A stretch of DNA of 64,000 nt, taken from Phoronis australis. Taxonomy: Eukaryota; Animalia; Phoronida. The notes under the pieces were generated by a model that was given only the letters and a program-made list of their open reading frames with translations, was not told the DNA's origin and searched no databases. Position numbers and translations under genes: made by a program. Positions 1-11,600 of this stretch are shown here, piece by piece (the first letter of the stretch is position 1; each line of letters begins with the position of its first letter). The stretch is from assembly GCA_002633005.1 (NCBI GenBank), contig NMRA01000194.1, positions 375,074 to 439,073 of the forward strand. The letters are read 5' to 3'.

Positions 1-580
1 TATTGGGCTCAAACTCGGCACAAATATGATTTTCTAGAAATCATTTACTTCCGGTCAAAAATGGCGGAAATATCGGCAATAGCGCATGCGCACCTCGATT
101 TCGGGGAAAAACGTTTTGTCCTGTAGAGGGCGCTTTAAAGGACCAATTGCTTTGAAATTTTTCAGGTATTAGTTTTTTGTCTCCGGCTATTATCCAATCC
201 TAAAAAACCGGAAGTTGATTTCAAGATGGCGGATCTGGCACACGTTGACCCATTTTCAGTCATGCCAGAGTGCCATTTTAAACAGGAAGAGAAAATGACG
301 TGCATTTTTGCATGTGGATTCTCTAAGGTATACTCTTTCAAATGACCTGTAACAATTATTTTTCTCAAACTTACCGTTTTTGAGATATTTTACTTTGAAT
401 TTCAAAAAAATGCAAAATTTCATTTTTGTCTAAAAATTTACGGAATTTCGCGATACAATCCATTTAGATAGAGTTTTGAACGGGCTTTCAGAAGATGTTT
501 TTCTTTTTTCGCTAGCACGTTTACTTTTCGAGTTATTTGAGATTTTCTGATAACGCTGTTCCTTTGTTGAGCGCTCTTGC
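1..580. repeat. Partial interspersed repeat, class uncertain
   Basis: Recurrent ttccgg/ccggaa, aaaatggcgg and tttttgagatatt motifs; ends in a ...gctcttg terminus like the elements at 12320 and 35216. Confidence 0.35.
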
Positions 581-610
581 TGCATTGGTGTTGGTTAAGC
601 TTCTATTGAA

Positions 611-1049
611 CAAGACTGTAGCGTACTTCTTATTGATTTATGACATCTAAGTTCGTCATATGAATGTTATGATGTTGTTCATCATTGCCACAACCATCAT
701 CATATTCATCATCTTCGTCATCATCTCCGACATTGTCTTTTCATATCGCCAAGTGTCGCTCAAGACTGTAGCCTCATTCTTACTGATTTCTGACCTCTAC
801 ATTTGTCATATGAATGTTATCATCACTTGTATTGTTCATCATCGCCACCATCGTCGTCATATCCATCTTCCTCGTCATCATCTGTTAATTTCACCAAGTA
901 TCGCTCAAGACTAGCCCATTTCTTACTGATTTCTGACCTCTACGTTCGTCATATGAATGATATCATAATGCTCATCATCGCCACGACCACTGCCATATTC
1001 ATCATCTTCGTCGTCATTTTTTTCGGTTAATTTCGCCAAGTGTCGCTCA
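611..1049. repeat. Tandem repeat, about 148-bp unit x3, (cat)-rich
   Basis: Units start with caagact at 611, 761 and 906 and share ttcttactgatttctgacctctac...gtcatatgaatg...ccaagtgtcgct. Confidence 0.85.
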
Positions 1050-1362
1050 TTTTGAATGTTATTTACTAAATATTCTCCTGGTCTGAATATTAACTATGCA
1101 GCTAACATTAGAGAAAACACGTCATTTTCATAACATATTCTTGTGTTCCATTTCCCTGAGCAAGTATGGTGGGTGTCCAGCTGAACTCGAGACTGATCGT
1201 TTCCTATCGGTATCGTATTTGCTCCCTGAAATGGATCACAGAAACAAGATGGTCGCATGACCGAGGTCATCTAACTAGATGCTTTGTTGTTAGGGTCAGG
1301 GACCAAAAGTTGTTGTATGACATCTGAGCAGCACAAATCATAAGACTAAATCTTTCTTAAAC

Positions 1363-1882
1363 CAGGGCTTGGAATTTTCCGCGGAAACACGGATTTCCAC
1401 TTTTTTCAAATGTTCTGTCCGCGCATTTTATTATATTTCCGCGTAAAAAAAATCAGATTTGATATAAAACTTCCGCGGCAAATTCCTTTCTTACCGCGGC
1501 GTTGCCGACGACGTTCACCTCGAAAAGTGGAAGTTGCTCTTTATGTTTCGGAGGAACGTAAATTGTCAACATTGCCGGGGCATCTGGGACAGCGTGGTGG
1601 GATTTTCAATGGCGTCTCGTGTGATTGTAAACCGCGGTGACAAATACTGCGGCTCTGCAGCCAAAAATGTGTGGGGGTGGGAGTGGAGGAGTGGATGGAC
1701 GAGATAAAAAGACGTAGACGCATGCTACTGATGGTGGTAATGTTTTTTTTTTCTTTTTTTTTATTCCTAGCGATTTTTGTCGGCGAAAGGGGTTCACATC
1801 GACTATTTCAAGGCTGGGTAGCGCGCATGTTTTGGGCCGTAAAAGTTTCCGCGTCTTTTGTCATTGGTCATTCCAAGCCCTG
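1363..1882 (+). mobile_element. hAT-like MITE with 6-bp TSD (copy 1)
   Basis: TIR cagggcttggaa...ttccaagccctg; flanking direct repeat ttaaac (1357-1362, 1883-1888); subterminal ttccgcg repeats; inverted copy at 25259-25767. Confidence 0.85.
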
Positions 1883-2003
1883 TTAAACTTTATTTTTGTG
1901 GAGAAATTTGTCAAAACAAAATTTCACTTGTCGGCCATATTTTGTGCTCAATATCTGAAGCATTACCACTCTCTTATCGTGTGCTGTTACACAGATCTTC
2001 CTA

Positions 2004-2200
2004 AATAGACCTTATTCAGACAGTCGCCATTTTAAAAATGAGCCTCTTTTTAGATGTAAAAAACCATGCATTTGAGTCATAAATATGTCGAAGGATGTGA
2101 AAAAATCCCATTTTGTACTATGATTAAGCACGGAATGCATGGTTTTCAAAACCTAAAAGGAGGCTCTTTGTAATATGGCAACTGCTTAATAAAGGTGAAT
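2004..2200. mobile_element. Palindromic MITE, about 200 bp
   Basis: Long imperfect inverted arms: accttatt...gagcctctttttag...aaaaccatgcatt and aatgcatggtttt...ctaaaaggaggctc...aataaaggt. Confidence 0.6.
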
Positions 2201-2208
2201 GTAAGGTT

Positions 2209-2472
2209 TACAGTACAAGCCAAAAGTATTCAAACGCAATAACCTAGAATACCCTGTCATGACAGCTGGCCTGAAGCCGAAATCCATGTTCCTTCCCATA
2301 TGGCTGAGAATGAAGGGTATCAACAGGAGAGTTAGTAATAAAGGTGGCTAGCCATTTTGGGATTAGAATTTTGCTGTCATAATAGTTATTACCAGTCATT
2401 TCGGCTGTGAACACAATTAGCTGTCATGAGGGAAAATGGTATTTTGCCAGATTGCTTTTCTCTTGTGCAGTA
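2209..2472 (+). mobile_element. TA-flanked MITE, about 260 bp (Tc1/mariner-like)
   Basis: TA|CAG...G|TA ends; diverged full copy at 24525-24775 (shared ccctgtcatga, tgagaatgaaggg, taaaggtggcta, gttattaccagt); fragment at 61921-61975. Confidence 0.65.
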
Positions 2473-2557
2473 TAATTATGTATTCTTCGTGTCACCTTTT
2501 ATTTATGTATCAATGACTGTTCTTATTCCAATATAATCACCACGATTGTTTTCACAG

Positions 2558-2660
2558 GTGGCCCCTTGGGGGAGCTGGTGCAGTGGAGTGACCTGATCAT
2601 TACGTTGTATCTCCTGGGTCACGACATTAGGATAATAACGGAGAAAAATGAACTGAGCAA
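2558..2660 (+). CDS. MGAT5: MGAT5 exon (GGPLGELVQWSDLIITLYLLGHDIRI...)
   Basis: ttcacag acceptor, aa|gtatgt donor; conserved GnT-V catalytic-region motif; absent from the ORF track. Confidence 0.9.
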
Positions 2661-5600
2661 GTATGTATTGTGTCCAGTGGTCTAGCACATGAGTAGTGCA
2701 CTGACATATCTGTGATGTCACAATGGGAGGGGCCTGAGCACAATGCCTTAATAGTGGGACTTGGCCGTATGTGTGGAAAGGGAAGAGTGCTGCCGTATTC
2801 TTTCAGTCTTGGTCGGAGGGGGGAGCGGGTTACCGTGGGACTAATCTAAATCAGCCTGTGATACCCCTCTGAGGTTGTCTATTCAATACCCATAATAACA
2901 TAGTTTTGCATGTTGTGAAACTGCATATAATGCCATTGGTTCATATTCGAATACCACCATATATTCGCTATTGTTGCTTTTTTAACTGGTCTCGGAAAAT
3001 CCTTTATTTCGCCTGTAACGCCACTGCTCACCTTTACAACACATGCCGTATTGTTTTCTTTTGTTTTCCGATTTATTGAATATTTTCGTGAAATATTCTT
3101 GAGCGGCCAACCAATATTTTATTATGTCCAACATTACATATTGTTGTTGGGATGGCTGATTGGTGGAAAACAAGAAAAATAAAATAACGACTGGTCTTAT
3201 ATTTGAAGAAATTAATATCGCTATGGCTATGTATTCGGAACCATCGTAGCCTTCATGTATGGCATTGGTGCAATTTTGAATTCTCCCACAACATGTTAAA
3301 AAGCCAGTTGGTGTATAGTACGAGGTTTTACAATTTGTCGCCACAAGCTCTTCAGTACATTTCAACTGAATGAAACGAAGTAAAGAATTCTGACACTTGT
3401 GCGCACGCATGCAAAAAATTGTTGGAAAAGACTAGCTTGTGACTGCTTCATTCCTTGTTGTGACACGATATTTTTCTCAAGATCCTCGGGAGAGTCTGTT
3501 GCCATGTGTCTGAAGGTGTGTCTGTTCTTACAGAGGGAAAGTTGTGTTTGACCTTATCATCAAGTCTTTGCATTTCGCCAAATTTTTCTACATTTAATTT
3601 GCTTAAAGTGTGCAATTTTGTAAAAAGAACGGCACATTTATAGCGAAACAATGGTATCAAAAACATGACCAAATTTCACTTGATATAATTGAGGTTCAAG
3701 ACGAAATGTCTAAAATGCTGTTGCAGTTTTTCAAATTATCATTTTGTTTTTCATCCAAATCCTTAAAAAGTACTATTTTTGATAGCCCTGCGTGCAAAAG
3801 CGGAACATCTTGAAACAATAAAGCAGCTTTCTGGCGAGCACTATATACGAACACTATCTGAAAGTTTGATATGAACCTGTTCAGTCATTCCTGAGATATT
3901 TCGTTCCAAAGTTAGCCAAATCTGGACATTTTCTATGGTCCTGCATAACCTTAACATGTGGTTCTGTTGTGACGCAGGTACACTAGTTGTTAGCTTGTCA
4001 TTTTATTACCAGTTCCTCTATTACTCCGATTTTGATTTAAACTGTCAACACATTTTTAAAAATAGACCCTCTTTCCTTTTTCAGTCTTAGCAGTTAACAG
4101 ATATGACTAATCAATAGGAGTATGTTATAAATCATGTCCCCGTAATATGTACATGAGTTTTATGTTGATCAGTATTCCTTAAAAAATCACGTCAGGTTGA
4201 GAAATCATCATTCGTGAGAAAGGTTGGATCAAATTGGTTGGTTTATATTTCACTTGATGACGTTTCTAGCTAAAGTGGAGTGGAATGAGTTACTTAAGGT
4301 TAAAATAATAACATTTTAATTAGACCTGATCTGAACTGTTCATAATTTTATACATTGGAAGATTTGATGGGTTTTGTGATGTTCGTTTTAAACTGTCCTG
4401 CGAGTAAATTTTTTAAGTTCAAACATTTTCTAACCTGAAGTTGAAAGTTTTGGAGGTTTAGCATATGCACTAATAAAGTTTTGTGATGTCTTTAATACAG
4501 TTTGTTTGGCATATGGTAAGTGGATAACAGTTGCTTGATACAGGCCAGTTGGGTTTGAGGTTCAGAAGCGCTATGTAAATTTTCGTACTCATAAGTTAGT
4601 GACGAGCTGCATGTGACGCTACGGTGTAAATGGAATTTCCGATTTGGGGACAGGGATGAAAAAATAGTGCCGTGACCTGGTACCGTTTATGTTGATCTGC
4701 TTGTGGAGATATTGTTACGCAAATAGGTCAAAATGGGCAGTGATAGGGATGAATCGTCATGTAATAGGGATATTATCGAAAGTCTATGAGGTTGCACAAG
4801 TACCCAGAACAAGGTAATTTGTCGTCGTACTTGGGCGATTCACTGCCCTCAACACTAGACTAAGTGTAAATTGTGTCCAGAAGTTGATGAAAGTTTGGTG
4901 GAGAGTGGTATGTTGATAAATTCGAGATTTTGATTGGTGGTGGTTTAGATGACATGGCGTCCATTACTAATTCTTTGTGGAAATTTGCATGCAACTTTTA
5001 AACTTCATGGTGAGGTCTAAAGTGTTTGGAGGAAATGAACTTCATGCATGGCAGGGTGGGGTATGGTTGAGTAGAGGTCTTGTTGATTTTGGAACGTGGC
5101 TTTTTTGGTAATGTGACCTAAAATTTTTGCACTGAGCTTTGAATCGTTTAGTTCGAGTTCAACTGACTCGGGCTACTATTTTTGGTATGTAGGGACAGAT
5201 ATCCTGTTAATGCATGACGTTGGATTGTAAAAAAGTTTTAGGTCAAATTTGTGGTTATGTTGGTTTATATAATTTAGGTAAAAAACGAAACCCAGTGCAC
5301 TTAAAGCATTTAGTTTTGTGATAATTTAAACTACTTTATCACCTTCTCATGGTCCACATTGCTCTCTGCAAAAATTCAAATTCTTTTGCTAATCGTCGAA
5401 TAAATGGAGCCTAATGTTTGGACCGCACTTGTCTAACATGGTGAATAAACTTTGAGGTATTCAACACTCTTTATTTGTATGACAATTTACCAACACTACA
5501 AGTTATCTGTTCCAAAAGTGGACAGAAATTAAGAGGAAATGGTCAATTGAAAGTTTCCGTTGTTGATTTTAAAAAATACAAATCACCAGTTATGTCGGAC

Positions 5601-8600
5601 ATTGTAATGAGTTCCCAGTGGCCGCTATTGGCTGTGCATACAGCAGCAGTAAAATGACGTCATTGGTCACTCTTGTCTCTGTGTTTCATTTCACTGAGGC
5701 AATACAGTGATCGATTCGAGATGCGTAAGGTCAATCTGTCATTGTGTTTGGTCAGTGAAATGGGACACACAAGCATTACAGTCATGCCAACTGCATCATT
5801 TTGCTTTTATACTCTGGAGAAAAGTTGTAAAAAGGTTTAATTATGTAACCGGTAACTCATGATTCGTATTTTAGTGAATATTACATCAAAGCTGTTACTA
5901 ATTGTCTTTCTTCTTTTATTGTTGACTGCACACGGGGATGTTTAAGTCCTATGTATGTGTTAACTTACCCAAGATACTGATTGCATACTAGGTACATTGA
6001 TGAGATCTTGGGAGAACGACGGTGGCGTAGCTGTCCTAGTAGAGGCAAGAGTCACGTGGACCTCATTTACACCGACATCAATGGACTGAGAATTCTGGAG
6101 GCCATTATGAAGTCGAACCTACACCAGCTCAGGTATTGTGAGTGGGGGCCATCTCAAGAAACTTGAAATACTGCGTTTGGATGTGGAATGTTTCAGATAG
6201 TGTTTGCGGGTGTTCTAATTTGACAGCTGATCGACTCGTAGGGTTGTTATTAGGGGTTTTTGATATGAAATTGGTGATTTTAAGCCCTTTAAATTTGATA
6301 GTTGACGTAATGCCAATTGCATTTTTTCTACAACCGCTACTTTTTCGATGTTTTGGTTACCCATAAAAAGTATCTGTGTCATTAAACGATGACAGTATTT
6401 TGGTGCGCAAGTGCTTAATGTCCTAGTCTACATGTTATTCATTTAGCTGGGGCTTTACAGCTTTTTCATTTTTTAAACCATCATAATACCACTGACAATG
6501 CCACTTTTGTGAGCTCTAGTGTTCAAATGGTATAATCTATTCGATGGTGGGTATAAATTTGATTCATCCGTTTGGAACCTCTCGCTTGTTGGCCGACAGA
6601 ACTTGGGATTGGACGAAGTGGAAGTCACTGTTGTGCTCCTCAGTTCTGTAAGGTTTATGTTTGCCGCATGTACTATGACCCGTGATACCCTCTTGTCTAT
6701 ATCTGTGCATTGGTAGCCAATGGCCCAATAGTACATTACAAATGAAATAAACAAACATGGCACACAAAATATATACAGAAGACTTCTACAGTAACTGCAG
6801 AATGTTTTTGTTGGACCTTCTCTGTTCTTTAAGGAAAGGTTTTTGCACACTCTGCATGAAGTTGGGATATGTAAAATTCTTCATTTCTTAAATAGGCACA
6901 GAGATGAAAACATTATTTTTTTCAATTTGACAAAATTTCAATTTTCAACATAAATTATGCTAAATTAAAAAGGGATAACCATAATCTATATGAAACTTAA
7001 GTCGTGTGGTTTTTGGCTTTTTAATCAAAGCATTTAAATTCCTCTCATTCTAATTTGTCAGTTATTGACTTACTGACTATTTTAGGCGTGTAAGTTATAC
7101 CTGGTCATTCTTCAGTGAATAAAAACAAAAAATAGTTGCCAACATTGTCAATTAGACTGCTGCATGCCAGAATTGATGTTGCTGCATGCCGAATTGTTAT
7201 ATTTGTGAGTAGCGGTTCTGCTTAAAGTTCTACTTGACTCTGTGTTGTTTAACTTTGTTTCAGGTGTCTACTCCGGATCGTGGACTCGTTTGGCACTGAA
7301 CCAGCCTTCAACTACGCTCCCTACGCGTCCCAGCACAAACTGGTGTCAAGCTGGGGCAAGCATAACCTCTGGCCGATGCAGTTTTTCACCATGTTCCGTA
7401 CGTATTGCTTTTGGCTAGTTCACCTGCATGTGTTAGCGGTATTATAGTTCACACCAGTCCTGTATGTGGTTTTTGGTTGTGAGGGCACGCGTACGTATGA
7501 TCCCAAGTTGAAAAAGCACCGCATTTAATAAAAGCTTGTAGCTTAAGGCCACTAAAACCCTGTTTCAAAGATGGGTGTAAAGCAACATAACATTGGTGAT
7601 CCGTGCGTGGTTTGAAATATTAGGCAACAAAACTGACCAGTTTTCACCTACTGGAGCTCTCTGCAGGCAGGACCATCTTTAGATATGCCCAGTAGGGAAC
7701 ATTTACTGCAGATATGCCACGGAAAAATATGTGTGCTTGAATCCTCAATTTTTTCGCCCGCCTCTGTATCTGCCAAACTAGTGAAAGGATCATAAAAAAT
7801 TGACGTTTCCCTTCTGACAACAGCATAACTGATGTTGATTTTCTGATGAGTTAAAACTACTGTGGCATCCCCTATTGGCAATTTTTGATATCCACAGCTG
7901 CATCTCCTGAACCCTTTGCGGAATGTTTGTGCACTATGACTAGTGCATTCTTATGAATGTGGCGACAGCTGATAACTTCTTTCATATGGTGCCTCATAGT
8001 GGCAATTCTATTTTTTATATTTTACGCCATATCATCAAAGTTCCTTAGTTGTCTACGAAATTTGGCCTATAGGTTTCCACGAGAGGGGCAACGAGGCCTA
8101 GTAGCCATTTTTGATACTAATAAATTTCTCTTGAAGAGTAATTATATTGCTGTACAGCTGTGGGCATGTTTCAGCACTTTGTGTTGCTATTTTTCTGTAT
8201 TTCTAAGGTAGATTACCTTTCTGCAAACTCCACCAAATGTTGTTTTATTACATCAATATTGTATAAACTAAGCTAACAGTAGACTGACATTTTTGTATTC
8301 TTTATTTTCCATTGAGAAAGTGAGCAAAATAAAATTCCACATTTCTACCATATTGTGTGCTACACTGGTGAAAATTTATTGTCATGTTACTTAACGGCAT
8401 CCGCAATGCTGTACAAATCAAGCTATGATGATAGACTAAAATTTAGCTAATCTTACCGAGAAATTTGACGAAAGAAAATTTCATTTGTCGGTCATGTTAT
8501 GTGCTTCACTTCTCATGAATCGGCCAATACTAAAGTAGGTAAGAACTCTCCAATTTAAGAGAGTGAAAAACTAATAATTTCGCTTAAAGTTTGGAGCTTG

Positions 8601-11600
8601 TATCGAATTTTAGAAATAGGCAATACCGAATGCTTCAAATTCAAGAATTACGATCAATGAAATACAATCACTCACCTTGATGTTGTACATTGTGAGGACG
8701 CATGGAAATGCTTCGTTGACGACTATTTTGAATGGTTTAATGAACTGCCCAGTCTATTTTCAGATTCTTTTGATGCAAAACATATTTGAGAAATATGATG
8801 AACATCAAAATTGCTCATATTTCAATCTTCAGAATAAAGAAAATTCAATTTCGCCCTGAATTCTGATGTTTAAAATTTTGAAGACTGTACCAAACTGAAG
8901 AAGTTTTACTGTAGCTATAAGTAGAATGCAGTTATGCTAATTGACATGGCTCTGGCTTACAGCTCACTCCCCAGACAATTCATTCATGGGCTTCGTCATT
9001 CCTGATCTTGGCAACCATTCGTCAAACACACTGGTGAACCGCACGAACCGCGCGCTTGTCTACGGCAAACGGAAAGAGTTCTGGCAAAGCAAACGCCACT
9101 ATTTGGATGTCCTGAATGAGGTGCTGGAACTGCACGGCACTGTCTACCACACCAATCAGGAAAACATCAGCAACCTGGTGCCAGAGTACGTCATTAACCA
9201 CGGCCTTCTGAAATTTGATCAGCTCGTAGACGTGCTACGTTCGTCTAAGGTAAACACACTGACCTGACCCAAAAGAGAAATCATTGACAATTTATGTATA
9301 GTATATCTGTTTGTGATATTGCTATGTACTCTTCTATGAAAATGATTTGCAATGTTATCATGCTTGAAATGTTGATTACAAGATTTGGCAATCTATGGTA
9401 CTTTTTGTCTATGCTGCATGAAAGTGTTGTCTTTGCACAATTTTAACTGCGAGACTAACGATTTTTCATTTAATTTTTGCCTGAAGACGAAACTTGACTT
9501 GTCTGGAAGAATAGCCGCTATTTAAAAACTAATATTTTTGTTACATCTTTAAACTTGCTTGGGAAATTTGCTCTATTATCCCTCTTTGCAAGATTGACAC
9601 ATGTGTCCTTTAAAACTGCCAGTGCGATTGTGTGTTCAAGCAGTTTTCGCAAACATTTTTAAGTCTGGTCAGCATGCCACCTGTGGCCACATCATGTGAC
9701 CTAATGAATGTAAGTCTGAAAAGATTTCTGCCCCAACCAGGACTCGAACCAGGGACCTTCTGCTAACCGTGCAAACACTCTAGCCACTGAGCCATCAGAA
9801 CCACTGGCAGGTTTAAGAATTACGTATTTATGCCAGCCAGTGTAGTGTAATGGGAGCAGTTGACACACTATTCTGATTTCTTATCCAATTAAATGAGTCG
9901 GATGTTGTTGGAAAAAGAAGATTCAAGGCTTCTATAGGTGCACACAAACATTCTAGTCACTCTGCTGACCAGTAGTTAGCGTCCACATTTTAAGGAATTG
10001 ATAACAGAGATTCATTCTATAGAAATATGAGAACTTATAACTTTCTACATTGCCAACGGTTGGTGCGAGCATTGCTGGTAAACAAAAAAACTATTTAGCA
10101 TTAGAATTAGTGCCAGACTCGTTACTAGTGTAAACTCGGTTAATATAGTCTAAACTAAAAATCCGCCCACAATTAGTATTTTTCTCATAGTGACGAGTTC
10201 AGCATCACCTCTCTATTCCAGTAAGTCAATCTTGTTTCGGTATTCTTCGCAGGTGTGAAAGGTTTGATTTGTGTTGTTTGTCTTACCAAAACAAAACTAA
10301 AGAAATACGAAACTAACAAAGAACAGTTATTATCTCTTTGTTAATTGTCATGCTCTTGTACTTTACAAGATACACTACTTCAACTGAGGATTATGTTGTT
10401 GATGGCACATTGGATGCGTGGGTGATTAGTCTGAGCTAGGAGCGTTTTAAATTTGTTCATCCTGGATTACATATGAGAATTACGGAGATAAAACAACCCC
10501 ACTTTTCAGATTTCGCTCTCTTGAGTATGTGTGGTTATGTAGGTATATCTGCCGGTGACCATATTGGTCTGAAAATGACATTCGGGTTGTGTTAGATTCA
10601 TCAGATTGAATATGTTTCAATATTTCAATGAAATCAAGTGCCAAAGGCCTATATGGGACCTGAAAATGTACAACTTTCTTGTAAAACATATACATGTTGC
10701 TTGTTTTGTGAACTTCAGGCCTGTCGTGGTAAAGCGACACTTTTGACTCGAAAACGAATGCGTAAAATAAGGAATTCTGCAGTGTTTTCATTTTTACCCT
10801 TGTCTCCTTTTTTGCATGGTAGATATTCGTCGGCATGGGTTTTCCATACGAGGGGCCAGCTCCACTAGAGGCCATTTCAGCTGGCTGTGTCGTCCTCCAG
10901 CCGAAGTTCAACCCACCGCACAACAGTCAAAACAATAATTTCTTCAAAGGAAAGCCCACCCTAAGAGATGTAAGTGAATTGAAGAAATTAAATTAACAGC
11001 TAATATGTTGTCTTACCCTGTCATAAAACCTTAGTTAATTAAGCTACATAAAACACCTGCACACCACTGTGTTCTATTCAATATTAGCAGCTACTGACAT
11101 TTTGTGGTGACGTAGTAAGGAGTGAAAAGTATGCTTCATATATCTTTCGATGTGCTTTTTACTTCAGTTGATAAAGTGAAATTTTTCAAAGTATTTTGCT
11201 TTATCATAAAAATCATTCTTTTTTGTTTGTATGTTTCTTTGTTCACATGCTACGGGTTGCATTTCTTATCTGATCAGGGTGGAATTCATACAAAAAGAGA
11301 ATCGTAAATAGTTCGAAGCCTATTGTTTTTTGTTTGAAATTGGCCGCAAGATGGCACTGTGGTGGCCATTTTTCTTTTCTTTTTTGGTTTATGGAGGCAA
11401 AACTCCAGCATTTCTGATTTTTTGTGGATAGATCATTTTAAGGGCTATAAGAAATGTGCAATATGTTTTTCTCTAGGACTTAAGAAGTTCTCGAGTTATT
11501 TGAGATTTTCTGGTGGCTACTTGATAATTGATTGGACTTTCATGTTGTATCTCCGGCATATACTTTCATGTTGTATCTCCGGCATCCCTTGACAGATGTT

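Noticed and set aside
660-1030. Hydrophobic or His-rich ORFs
   Set aside because: They arise from the (cat)-rich 148-bp tandem repeat
1410-1640. ORF nearly identical to part of ORF 25500..25850, suggesting a duplicated small gene
   Set aside because: Both lie inside copies of the same non-coding MITE; no domain or splice support
4590-5460. G/T-skewed stretch suggestive of a retroelement remnant
   Set aside because: No recognisable RT or endonuclease motif could be read in any frame by eye
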